In this document: positions 34,515-47,125 of the stretch, in pieces | How the letters are laid out: each line of letters opens with the position of its first letter | Position numbering within the stretch: position 1 is the stretch's first letter | Assembly: GCA_965287045.1 (NCBI GenBank) | Contig: OZ336899.1 | Location: 21,886,001-21,950,000, forward strand | Reading direction: 5' to 3' | Origin: Carcharhinus amblyrhynchos | Taxonomy: Eukaryota | Length of the DNA: 64,000 bases | Program-made: the position numbers and the translations under genes | The notes under the pieces: generated by a model | Databases searched by the model: none | The model's input: only the letters and a program-made list of their open reading frames with translations | Told to the model about the DNA's origin: nothing

Positions 34515-35135
34515 CTCGTCTCGGGGTTGATTTTACCCGGGAACTCGCGTTCACGCTGCGGGACTGAACTGAGCTGAGCAAGGTGGCGATGTGAACCCCG
34601 CCCCTTGAGGGCGGGCGGGCGGGCGGGGGGGGGGGGAAAACGCTGTAACCCCGCCCCTTGAGGGAAGAGGTGGCGTCTTAATACCGCCCCTTGAGGGCCG
34701 AGCGGCAGCTGTAACTCCGCCCCTTGAGGGCCGGATGCACGCGCGTCAATAACGAGCCGAACCCAAACGGCGAATCATAAGTCAATGCGGATGCGCTGTT
34801 GCCCCTGTCCGGCGCGCGGTGCTGCTCCCGGGAGCGTGCGCAGGCGCGAGCGCGGGAGGACCAGCGGGAGCGCGGGAGGTCTGGCCGGTGCGGGGAGAGA
34901 GAGAGCGAGGAGGCGCCAACGGCAGGGGCCTGTCACCGAGGGTGAGGATGCGGAGGCCGCGAGCATGGAGACCCTGAAAGTGAAGGACAGGATCCTGGAG
35001 AACATCTCGCTGTCGGTGAAGCAGGTGAGAGGCCGGAGCCGGGCAGCACCTTCCCCAGCCCAGCCCCGGGTCTGGCAGAGCCGGGCGGATCCGTGAACCT
35101 GCGCTGAGTGTTGGTGCTCCTGGCCTGGCAGGGCG
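34515..35135 (+). promoter_or_regulatory. CpG-island promoter and first exon of PLEKHM2 with 4x CCGCCCCTTGAGGG
   Basis: Very high GC and CpG content, GC boxes, directly upstream of and spanning the start codon. Confidence 0.85.
34965..35024 (+). CDS. PLEKHM2: PLEKHM2 (SKIP) coding exon 1
   Basis: Kozak gcgagcATGG; METLKVKDRILENISLSVKQ; donor CAG|gtgaga, phase 0. Confidence 0.95.
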
Positions 35136-35931
35136 TTGTGTACAGAGAGAGCTGGGCACCAATCCCCTTCTGTTTCACTCTGCTGGATTTCTGCCTCCTG
35201 TCACACCCTTCTCCACATAAACTGCAAACTAGTCGCCAGTAAATAACTGGGAGCTCCATCTTCCATCCACCGGTGGAAACAGGATCCATGATGTGGATTG
35301 ATGGGCTGAATGGCCTTTACATGTTCCCGGCTTAATTCAATGGTTACAGTAGTCTTAAAAAGGGCTACCTCTGTTCTGGTGCATTGTCAGAGGTTGGCAA
35401 ACCTACCAGGGGTGATTAGAAAAAAGATCCAACTCTAAATCTTAATTTAAAAATCCCTTCATCCGACCCTAAATTTTAATTTGCCTCACTTACACTGCCC
35501 AGGTTTGTCATGGCCATGAGCCTTTATTTAGGCATTAAATGGTTAAATGGCAATGATTAAATGGTGTTAATCATTGCCATTCAAATAAATTGCAACAAAG
35601 CTGGTTTAAGATACATTAAGCGTTAAAGATGTGTTGCTCTGGTGGTGGTTTTTCGCAGTAATGGCTTTGGAGTGTGTGGTCAAAGATAAGGGATGGGAGG
35701 TGCAGCCTTTGTCATGTTAATGTTGGCATCACACATCACAATGATGCTGTTAACTTGTGTGCCAACAAACATTTCTGCACACTACTTAATGGTACAATAT
35801 TGGTTTTAACAATGCTGTTTAATTTGCCCTTTTAAGCCCCAAGATGTGTGAGTTAGGCGGACTGGTCGTGCTAACTTGCCGTTTAGTGTCCAAAGATGAG
35901 TAGGTTAGATGAATGTGCCATTGGAAATGCA

Positions 35932-35964
35932 GTAAGAAGTCTGACAACACGAGGCATCTCCACA
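35932..35964 (+). mobile_element. 33-bp Penelope-like footprint inside an HE1 fragment (about 35820-36080)
   Basis: GTAAGAAGTCTGACAACACGAGGCATCTCCACA flanked by 14-bp TSD CCATTGGAAATGCA. Confidence 0.7.
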
Positions 35965-36674
35965 CCATTGGAAATGCACAGGGTTACGGGGTTGGGTGGG
36001 GGTGTGGGCCTTGGGTGGGATACTCTTTCTGAGTTGGTGCAGTCTCGATGGGCTAAATGGCTTCATTCTGCACTGTAGATATTCTAAGATATGGACAGGG
36101 TGAATAGGAAGTGCTCTTGAATTGATTAGTAGAAACCGCCCTGCAGGCTTATGGTTTGCCACCCATGATTTAGAGCAGGCAAATTGTGTGAACAACCTAC
36201 TGACTAGAAGTGGGAACTGTACTCTTTCCAGATCATTGTAAACTTTCTGTGTAGCTCCTTCACGTATTGTACATCATATTGATATCTTTTGAAGTGAAGG
36301 TTGGGTGCTGGACAATAGGGTGCCATCAGTCATCTTGGTTCCACAGTTGGTTTGGAATTCTTTTGTGAGGAATGTTAATGCTTTAGATTGGAGACTTTCT
36401 ATTTTAAGCACCCATTGTCAGCATCAAGCAGGCTCGGGTCAGGTACAGAACAGGTTAGATACAGAGTAAAGGTTCTCTGACACTGCTCATTGCGCAGTCT
36501 GTATAGCTCAGTGTGGGCTAGTTTGAGAACAAAGTTCCATTTGCACTTTAGCATCAAATGCTGTCAAATCAGTTATTGCATTGTTAGATCCAAAACTGTC
36601 AACTACAGTATGGATTAGTTCATGAAGCTTTCTTTACACTGTCCCTGTATGGGATGGTCCCAGAGATGAAAGGT

Positions 36675-36975
36675 GGCATTGGTGCAACAATGGTGAGCAC
36701 TGCTGCCTCTCAGCACCAGGGACCCAGGTTCAATTCTGGCCTCAGGTCACTGTCTGTGTGGAGTTTGCACATTCTCCCCATGTTTGCATGGGTTTCCTCC
36801 CACACTCCAAAGATGTGCAGGTTAGGTTGATTGGCCATGATAAGCTGACTCTAATGTCAGGAGATTAGCAGGATGAATATGTTGGGTTACGGGGACAGGG
36901 CTTGGGTGGGGATTGTGGTCAGTGCAGACTTGATGTGCTGAATGGTCTCCTTCTACACTGTAGGGATTGTATGAT
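36675..36975 (+). mobile_element. HE1-like V-SINE
   Basis: Head, V-domain and tail recognisable. Confidence 0.8.
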
Positions 36976-39900
36976 GTTAAAAATTCCTAAATTAGGTTTG
37001 GTTTTCCATTGTTGAATGCTTCCCCTTCAGCAGGGATTTAATTTTTGTATGTTAAAAAATCTCTGCCGCTTAACTTCATTTGGGGGCAAACGACCTAGGT
37101 CTTGTAATCTGAATGCCATTGCTTCCCCCTCCCCCCACCCCGAGCCGCCGATAATCTAAACCCCCACACGAAGAAGAGAAACACTAGCCCCATGGGTATT
37201 GGATCTGGAGATGTGGTTTTTCTACCCCTGCTGGTGATTTTTTTGTTTATGATTTGTCGTCCTATTTAAAACAACATTGCTGTTCACTACCCACCCTCTA
37301 CCACTGCCCAAGGATGAATGTGTTGCATTATGATCTGTACCAACCAGTAAAGCCCTGGGTTCATTTTCTGATTTGTGCTATGCTTAGCTGGTTCATGCCT
37401 TTAATAGGCAGCGATGTCCACATTTTGAAACATAGTTACCATATATTTTTCCAGTAACAATCCTGTGGAACACCCCTGTGCAATTTCACAGAAATACAGT
37501 TCCTAGATTGAAATCAGGCAGTCTCAGAAATGTTCAAACAGAGCAATCAACTTTGCAGACAGAACAAATAAATATCTGGAACAGCTGCTGGAGGCTGAAT
37601 GCACATGTCCTCAAGTAGAGTCAGTCATGAGTTAGTTTAGTTCCTGCATCAGTGTTGTATAGAAAAGCATTCTGAGAGGGGAAGGTTCCTGAGCTTTACC
37701 AGTTTTAAAGGTCACTTGTCAATCTGCAGATGTACACAACAGGTGAATGGCCTCCTTGAATTCGGGACGTGGCGTCAGTGAAGTTTTCTCCATTGACCAT
37801 TGGTGCTATAACCTGACCTCGTTTTGTATTGAGAAAAGCTGTTGTTGCTGGGGTGACACTTGCCAATTTCCACCTCCCAGATCTTGCTGGGAACTAGCTG
37901 TGTGAAGCTGGGTCTGTGTATCCACATATCGAAGTGAACTCCTTTGCCAAATAACGTCTGTACACATTGTAATCCGGAGTGTGAATAGTCTATTGTAATA
38001 CTCATTCTTAAAGTGTAGCCATTGGCTGTACATGCGCAACACTACAGGAGATCAGAACTAATTTTAAAACTAGCAAGTATGAATAGAATGACATTGGAGT
38101 AAAATATATGTGTTCCAACTTGTGTGTACACAATTTTTAAGTGTAACTTATTGATAACAAGGATAAATTTAGGAGTATAGTGGAAGAAAGGAATTTGGAA
38201 TTCATTGAAGATTGGTTTGTATTGGAAAGATGAATGTAGGCTTCAATAACACTTAAGAAAGTGGACACAGATCCACTTATTTAACTGGCGACTGCACATT
38301 CAGCAATTGTTCTATACAGTTGAAAGGTGTGTTCTTGAATATCTCTAACTGGGGAATAATAAGTAATGGGGCAAATCACAAGAAACTGGCCGTTTGGCTC
38401 ATAAAATCCATGCTGCTGTTCTTCCTCATCTGTGCCATCGAATCTGATTCAATTCCACTTTTTTTCTTCACTCTCTATTCTCTTCTGTTTTCTTCTTTGG
38501 CAACATCTATCAGGTTTCTGTTTGAAGGAATTTATGGACTCTACTGCGATGGTTTCCATGAATTTCATCTTCCAGCCATGCTGTGTGCAACAAACTTATT
38601 TTAACACCCTCATCAATCCTTTTTGTGACCATCTTAAAATAGCATGCACTCATTACTGTCCCAAATTAGTAGCAAGATTCCTGTCACAATTTGTGTTGTC
38701 ATAACCTTCAAGACCCCTATTGAGTCACCGCTTAATGTCAGTGCTCTCACCAGTGTAGATAGAGATCCAAATTTCTTGACTGTCTCATAACTGCACACCT
38801 TTATCCATTATAATGTTCAATTGGATCTATTTTAATAGGGTACCAAAATGATCCAATATTTCCAACTGTACTCAAGTTTCAAACAAGTTCAACCTTATAT
38901 CATTTTACTTTGGTCCAAACCCAATAACGCTGATGGGTTTTTATAATCTTAAGTACTTGCACTGATCCCCTTTTAATGGTCTAGGTATCTGCACTCCAAA
39001 GCCTCTTGTCTCCTCTATTCCATTTAAAGATTTATTATTTAAGATGTATTTTATCTTATTTTCTTTTCACTGTCAAAGCAATTTATTTTTCCTGCACTGA
39101 ACTGCACCTGCCAAAGGCTAAACTTCTGTTTAAAAGGCACCATCATCACTGAGTGCTCGCCATCAACATCTCGGTGGTCACCGTTGGCTACTAGTAGCTT
39201 AGCTGGACCAACTGTATCGACCTTGGTTACCAGAGCAGGGTACAAGCTGGATAATCTGGCAGGTGGCTCACGTCCTAACACCCCCAGGCCTATCTGACCT
39301 TGTCAAGCTTGAGTCCACAGGGTGATGAAATACTCATTTGTCTAGATATACGGTATCTAAAGTACACAGCAACAATATTCAAGAAACTTGACACTATCCT
39401 GGATGTGGATAGTCACTTGATTGGTGCCCTTGGATTGGTTTACATTATCTCCACCACTGGTACACTGTCTGCCTGCAGGATGTAACATCTCATTAAAAGT
39501 TATTCCAGCTGTAACTCTCTATCTTGTAGCCTCTAACACTACAAAAGACAATATCATAGGAATATCATCATCTTCGCATCTCCTTCCAACATTGTACATT
39601 AGAATAGATTTTCCTGCTCCCAACACCTAGGGGAATTAGATTCCCTGGGCATAGCAACTGCATAAGATCCAGTTTAAACTTTCTTTCCATTTTTTCAAGT
39701 AATTGAGATTGTAGGTTATTTTTGCCTGATTTTCCCTATGTTTACTTAGCTCAGGCTCTCGAGTGCTGGTGAATCTAAACTAGTATCTTTAAGAAGCGGA
39801 ACATCTGGAGATATCCTGTCAGAGATGTGCGATGGTGTTTGTGAACCTTTCCTGGCAGCACTGAAACACTAGAATAGTTCTGGAGCATGATCCTAGCTCA

Positions 39901-41190
39901 TTAATCGTGAAATAAAAATAGAAAATGCTGGAAGTACACAACCCGTCTGGTAGTATTTGAACAGGGAAAAAAAAGTCACGTCAACAGATCTGTTCTGTTT
40001 AGTTCCTGACAGACCTGCCCTGGATTTCCAGCATTCTCTGTTTTTAATTTGGAATTTCTAGCAGTTGTTTGTTTTTAGTCTTGGGTTGATAACTTTATAG
40101 ACAAGAGAGTGGGAAGTATTAGAGGAAAAACTGTCTTTCTACCCCTGCTAGTTTTGTATTGAATTGGACAGTAATTGCATTAGTTATTAATGATGACAGG
40201 ATCACTAGCAGCCTCTGCTACTGTTTGGCATTGTTTGAACTTTGGTTCAGTATTTTAAACTGGTTTATTTCTTTGATTACAGATCTTTTCTTCCTTTCTA
40301 TTTAGTGAATTGATGGAAAACTGACATTGTCGGAGGGGCGCGAAGGGGAAGAGAGAGGAGGAGGAGGTGTAGGAAGAGCAATACCTGGAATCTACTTTAT
40401 CCCCAGTAGTTTCTGTGGCTTCTATCTCTCTCCCATTTACATGTGCAAAATTTGGGGGAAATTACATTTGGTATCTTCTGCAAAAAGTAGTGTGTAGCAA
40501 TGCAGGGCTTTTCAGAAATAGGAACTGGTAATGGGACAAGTACCGTACAAAAGATGACTCGAGAGAGTAGTTGTAAATGGCAACAGTAAAATCATTCACC
40601 AGCATCTGCCATGGTTATGATCTGACAATAACGTCACCAATGTTGAGTATCGAAGGCCGTAAAGTGTCTAATTGAAAGATGAAGTGCCCTTCCTTGCGTT
40701 GAACATCATTTAGAATTGTGTGAAAAGTGGAGTTCAGAGTGGAGAGAGGATTAAAATGACCAACAGGCAGAAGTTGAGGGCCATGTCTGCAGCAAATGGA
40801 TCAGAATTACTCTGCAAACTGATCACTGTGCTTTGTGGTTTACCCAAAATAAAGGACACTGCTTTATGTGCATCGTGCATGGTCTTCTAAATGGAAAAAT
40901 GTATAAGTCAATCACTGTTTCATCCAGCAGACGGTGTTTGGGGTCCTGGACAGTGCATAGGATAGGTGCTCTATCTCTTGCATCAGAAGGTGAAGGGGTA
41001 TTGGATAATTGAAGAGTGAATCAGGGTTCGTTCTGCACAGATGCTACTTGACTTGCTGAGTACTTCCAGCATTTTCTGTTTTTTTTTCCAGATTCCCAAA
41101 CTCTGTTAGTTTTAATGGAACTAAGAAATTCTGTTTTTTTTAATGCCTGAATCAAGATGTTTTTGGCCATGTGAAATCTAATCAGACAAA

Positions 41191-42081
41191 GGGTGGAATT
41201 CTTCCCATAAAAGTCTAAGTGCCGAATCAGTCTGAAAACTATATCTATAGAACCCTACTGTGCAGAAAGAGGCTCTTCGGCCCATTGAGTTTGCATCGAC
41301 CACAATCCCACCCAAGCCCTCCCCCCATATCCCTACGTATTTTACCCACTAATCCCTCTAACCTAAGCATCCTAGTACACTAAGGGGCAATTTTTAGCAT
41401 GGTCAATCAACCTAACCTGCTCATCTTTGGACTGTGGGAGGAAAGCGGAGGAAACCCACGCAGACACGAGGAGAATGTGCAAACTCCACACAGACAGTGA
41501 CCCAAGCTGGGAATCAAACCCAGGTCCCTGGAGCTGTGAAGCAGCAGTGCTAACCACTGTGCTACCGTGTCGCCCACTATGCATGCGCCGATCTATCAGC
41601 ACCGAAATCGGAGCATGCACAGTGGCCCCACACTGCCAGTCCCCCGATTGCTGACCAGCCCTGTGATCCCCGCAATGCCAGCCTTTCATACACCCTCCCA
41701 CGGCCTGATCGTTGGCCCCCCACACCCTCAAGCATGCCTGGACCCAGCCCCCACCCTTCCTCCTCCAGGCTTCCTGAAAGTGGGGAGCTATAGTAATCCC
41801 AGCTGGAGTGAACCACCCTGGCGCAGGAGGGATGCTAGTGGGCCTAGACACTTAAGTCCTGGACCTGCTAATTATATTTAAGATATATTTAAATTAGGTT
41901 TTGAATAATTCATGTGTCACCCACCAGTTTTCTGCACAGATGTGACGCCACCAGATATGTAGTGCTGGGAGATGCTATCAGGGTGGGATACCCAGTACAG
42001 ATCCTGGGGATTGTGCGTTGCTGGAATCTCCCAGACTGCTGTGTTTACAAATTAGTGCAGCAGGATGGGAGAATCGCCCCC
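41191..42081. mobile_element. Larger non-autonomous TIR element with an HE1 SINE inserted (about 41245-41575, minus)
   Basis: GGGTGGAATTCTTCCCAT...ATGGGAGAATCGCCCC termini; CpG-rich interior. Confidence 0.55.
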
Positions 42082-45000
42082 AAAATCTCTGCAAGGTGCA
42101 ACAGTGCTTTTCATTTTGTAAAAAAATGAATGAATAATTTCTTGGAAACTCCCACTCATTTTATGCTGGAAAGAGCTGCAGGTTCTTGGAATCTGAAACA
42201 AGATCAAAATAAGTTGGAAATGTGTCAGAATTTTTACAAAAAAGACTTCTAACGTTTCCAGTGTAGCTCATTAATAAGAATAAGTCCGCCTCTGTATCAT
42301 CTGTTTTGATTATTTCTGAATTGTCTGTCTGATTAATGGCCCTCACAACATTTTTACATTTTATATTTCAAAATTACTTTCATTGAGGTTGTGAAAGGCA
42401 CGTGGTATGACTTTTGCTTGCCAGTTCCTTTCTGTTATTCCTTGTAAGTAATCAGCAGGAAGCATAGACTGGATTTTTATCTTTCATCCCCAGCTCCTCT
42501 GAAGCAGCATGTACATGGCCCATTTCAGGGCAAAAAGGAAGAGAATAGAACATTTTGTCACCATATTTAGCTGTCCTATCCTCATAACCACTTAGGGTTT
42601 GTTCTTTCCCAACATGCTGCACGATGGGAGAGCTGTTTGCAGTTATTGTGCAAAGCTGTGTAAATGTTTCAAATTCTGTTCACATACTGTAATTTTGTTC
42701 CCCTTGAGCACTGTGTGGGGTTGTGGTTGAACGATGGCATGTGATTGAGCATGTTAGGAATTTTTTGCTGGTGTCAGCCTTTCCCCATGTTGGTTAACTA
42801 CCCAACCTCAGCTCAGAGCTGAGATCAGCAGCTCTCTAACTGGGGGAGAGTGGCGTGTCCTTCGCAATGTCACTGGTTCCTCTGGTATGGCGGATTTATA
42901 TCCAGGAGCACTATCACATGCCCTTGTTCAATATAGACAGTATGCCTTTTACAATATAGGCAGGTTAGAGGGTGTTCAGTGTTACTCTTTTATGACTGCT
43001 TAGAGTAAAATAGTTTTATTTGATGTTAGATCACCAGTAGAGCATTGGGAATAACAAGTGTAAGACTCTGGCTGGAAACTAAGCTTGTCTGCAACTTCAA
43101 AGAACAAATCTGATTCCAGTTCTCAACACTTCAAATTGTATTCCCCCACTCCTTTGGAGGTTCCTTGGCTGGGTTTTACAGCTCTCTGAAAGTGGCAGTC
43201 ACCCTAACTGTTCCTGCAGTGATCTGGTCCTGAGGACCGCTGCAGATGTCTCTGTTTGCAGACAGCATTGTGACACTCATGGGGATCTTAGTCACTAACC
43301 AGTTCTATCTTAAATACTGATGAAATCATTACAATTTGAAACATCTGATATTACTCCAAAGCCTTATGTCACTGGCTGTGATCTATCTAAATGTCAATTC
43401 AAATAAAACAAAAACCCTCTATTTTAACATGGATAGGGTTATGCACACTTGAATCGAATAGACCTCTACAATGGTCAGTGCAGTAACAGACATGGCACAT
43501 CGTTTTTTATCACATTGGTGCACCACTTTGGGAAAGATGTCTAGATGGGAATTCTGATTCCCACCTTCCCTGACTTTGATTGTGTGTTTAATCTGTTATT
43601 TTCAAATGGAGAATTGAAGAATGCCAACTTAAATAAAATAATTTGGATCCAGACTTGCCACAGGGCTGATCTGTGGTTTGGGCCTGCCTGCGTTAGATTC
43701 ATGGAGAAACCCGGGAGATAATGAGGAGCAATCACTGACTTTAGTGAATTGGTGGTTGTTGTTGAGTAATTGTCATGTAATTGCCAGTGTTTTGGAAGGG
43801 GTAGTGAGTAATGTACCTCTTTCTATACTTGGCAGAATAATGTGATTTACATATCTTTGTCCTCAGCGCAGAAATATTTGTGTGTTAAATACTGTAGGTG
43901 AGATTAAAGTGGCAAATAAAGTTGACTGGAATCCATAGCAACTTTACACAGACAATGATCAAAGTAAATGGGGTATGCGTTAAAAACAGCTGCATGATCA
44001 AGGCCTATCTAATTTATTTTCTATCAACCTAATAAATGATGGAGTTATTGACTAATTTAAACCATCAATTTCTAGCAGTTAGCCTGATGCTTTGGAAACT
44101 AAGGTCCACAGACCACTGAAGACTCATTTGGGTTCTCAGAATGTCAGTGACACAGTGGGTGAACACCTATCATGCTATAATTGAGTGGTGGCCAGAGGAT
44201 CTCTTACCACACCACTCTGCCCATCTCCACCACTACAGTGGGTTCCTGTTCCTGCCAAGAACAGACAGACTTTGCAGTAAGAAACCTGTTTTCTTCAAAG
44301 CATTACTAAAACACTGTGTACCATCAAAGTGTTGTTTGTACAAATATTCTGTAATATAATTTAGCTGGGGGGTGGGGGGGCAGTTTGTGGTTACTAATTG
44401 CTTTGAAAAAAGGTCCTTGGCCAAACAAAGTTTGAGAATCATTGAGTTAGTCTGTAGTAAACTTAGTTTTAGTAAACTAGTCTGTAGTAAACGTAACATG
44501 AGGATAATTGAGAGTAATGGAAAACTTTGGAAACCGCATGTCAAAAGTCACCTGTTTTTTTTTCAAGCAAGTCCATGTCATGTCACAAATTTCTCGTGTA
44601 ATGTACTTCCACATTATTTTCTGAAAGAAATCCTGTTTAGTTTGAGTGAATCAATACTGCTTTCACCAAATCCCAGGGTTTTTATCTATTGACTATTTGC
44701 TCAATGAAATAATGTTTCTGTAGACTTGTTCTGAATCTGCCAACTCCATTTCAAGAACAAGCTATATCCTCTGGCTCCACTGCTCTGGCAAGGTGAAACT
44801 GCTCTTTGGGATCAACATTACTGATTCCTTTCTTCTTTGGATTCACAAGAACAGCAATCAGATCACCTTTCAACCTTCTTTACCAGTGAAAACATGAGCA
44901 ATTTACATTCAGTATAATCCGATCTCTCCATCCTTTTTAACCGTTCTGGTTGCTCTTTTCTGTATTTCAGTAACTACAGGGTTCTCCTTATACTGCAGTG

Positions 45001-45517
45001 ACCAGAACTGTAGACACAGTTCTGAGTGCAATTGCATTAATCATTTATAAGATAACAGGGTTATCGCAGTATTTCAGCTCAATACTGACCTTTATTCACT
45101 ACCACCATGCATTGTTGCGACAGATCGATCTTGTCATTCAGGTTCAGATCCCTTTCTAGGCATGTTATAGTGTTATCATTTAAATAAGAAGCATTTTGCA
45201 TTTCTCCATATTAAATTTCACCTGTCTGCTTAATTCCCAAGTAAATTCAGTGATGTGTACCTGGGGAGGAAACTCTGTATTTTTAAACCACTCTAATCCA
45301 ATAATCCTGGGTTCACGCTATTCTTCACAGGGTTATCTAACCTGCAGGTTTCTCTGATGTGGCTGCAGTTAGTTCCATTCCTCATTATTTAGATGCTTCA
45401 GCTGGATAACAAGGAAGGTTCTCTCCCTGTGGGAGAAGCTCAGAGTGGTCCAAGATGGAATTTCATTCTGGTAGAGTCTCCTATAGCTGGTGAGTTTCCA
45501 GTTCACAGATCTGTTCA

Positions 45518-45542
45518 GCTCCTCCTCCTCCTCCTCCTCCTC
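45518..45542. repeat. (CTC)n microsatellite
   Basis: ctcctcctcctcctcctcctcctc. Confidence 0.9.
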
Positions 45543-46484
45543 AATGGTTATTTCTGAGAATCTCCTGCACCAAAACTCCCTGAAGAACCTTCTTCACTGC
45601 CAGGCTTGGTCAAAAAATGCGATTTAGCCCTTTGCATGGCACTGGTATTCAGTTGCATGCTAGTTATCATGTGCATACTAATTATCATGTGTTAGCCTCA
45701 GCTGTTTTGGTATTAGTGTACTGTCTGATAACGAGGAGGCTGTGATTAATGTATACATGAGCGGAATGCCACATACCACACTGAGTATAATTTGGGTTTA
45801 ATGTTCGATGTACTAGGGGATTTCCCCAATATCCTAGACTTTAGTCACATGGTAATTGTGTAAAACATGACAATTAATTGCTTGTTAAATTTGTAGTGGA
45901 ATTCATTGTCTCTTCTGGTAGTTACGTACTGGACTGGGTGCCAAATTGTGATGGTGTAAGGCCTGAACATCTCATCTTTGAGCTAAGAAATTCTGGCAGT
46001 CTTTAGTATTTTTAAACTCAAGCAGAGTTATATCTGATACGATCTTGGCGGTTGGAGGAAGTTGCCAAGCGCGTAGCTATCTGCAGAATGTGTGCACAAT
46101 CTTGATTTTACGTAACAGTTTGGTTAGAAGAAAGGAAATAAGGAAACTTAAGCAATTAGAACCTAAAGAAGGATGATAGATTTTGTTTGAGAGTCCCTAC
46201 GGTGCAAAAGAAGATCCCAGAGCGTATACGAGATCATTCAATTTCTCTGGATCTGGAATTAGACATGTCTTCCTATGGACACTGCACTCCAGAAACATTT
46301 TCTTTTACATTTTACATTGTCGGCTTACAATCAGTAACGATGATCATGAAACATCCAGATTGTTGTTTTAAAAACAAACACCTAGTTCAATTTTAAAAAA
46401 ATCTAGTTCACTAATGCTGAAATGAGTTTGAGTTTTACTACAATATTGTTCTGAGAAGTCAGACTTCTCTACGCAAAAGTAAGA

Positions 46485-47125
46485 CTGCCCGAAGTTGGCA
46501 TTCGGCATGCTTGGTTTCATTGGTCAAAACATTGAATACAGGAGTTGGGATGTCTTGTTGAAGTTATACAAGACATTGGTAAGGCCACACTTGGAATACT
46601 GTGTACAATTCTGGTCCCCCTATTATAGAAAGGATATTATTAAATTAGAAAGAGTGCAGAAAAGATTTACTAGGATGCTACCAGGACTTGATGGATTGAG
46701 TTATAAGGAGAGGCTGAATAGACTGGGACTTTTTTCGTCTGGACCGTAGGAGGATGAGGGGTGACCTTTTATAGAAGTCTATTAAATAATGAGGAGCATA
46801 GACAAGGTAGATAGTCAATATCTTTTCCCAAAGGTAAGGGAATCTAAAACCAGAAGGCATAAGTTTAAGGTGAGAGGGGAGAAATATAAAAGTGTCCAGA
46901 GGAGCAATTTTTTCACACAGAAGGTAGTGAATGTCTGGAATAAGCTGCCAGAGGTGGTAGTAGAGGTGGGTACAATTTTATCTTTTAAAAAGCATTAGAT
47001 AGTTACATGGGTACAGAGGGATATGTGCCAAATGCAGACAATTGGGACTAGTTTAGGGGTTTTAAAAAAAAAAAGGGTGACATGGAGAAGTTGGGCCGAA
47101 AGGCCTGTTTTCATCTGCATGACTC
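46485..47125 (+). mobile_element. CR1 LINE 3' fragment
   Basis: LYKTLVRPHLEYCVQFWSPYYRKDIIKLERVQKRFTRMLPG; FFTQKVVNVWNKLP. Confidence 0.9.

Noticed and set aside
34598-34730. Four direct repeats with unique spacers (CRISPR-like)
   Set aside because: Repeats are only 14 bp, spacing is uneven and they lie in a CpG-island promoter; better explained as binding sites.
34775-35289. Minus-strand ORFs over the CpG island (divergent gene)
   Set aside because: Low-complexity Pro/Arg/Ala translations antisense to PLEKHM2 exon 1, as expected from GC-rich DNA.
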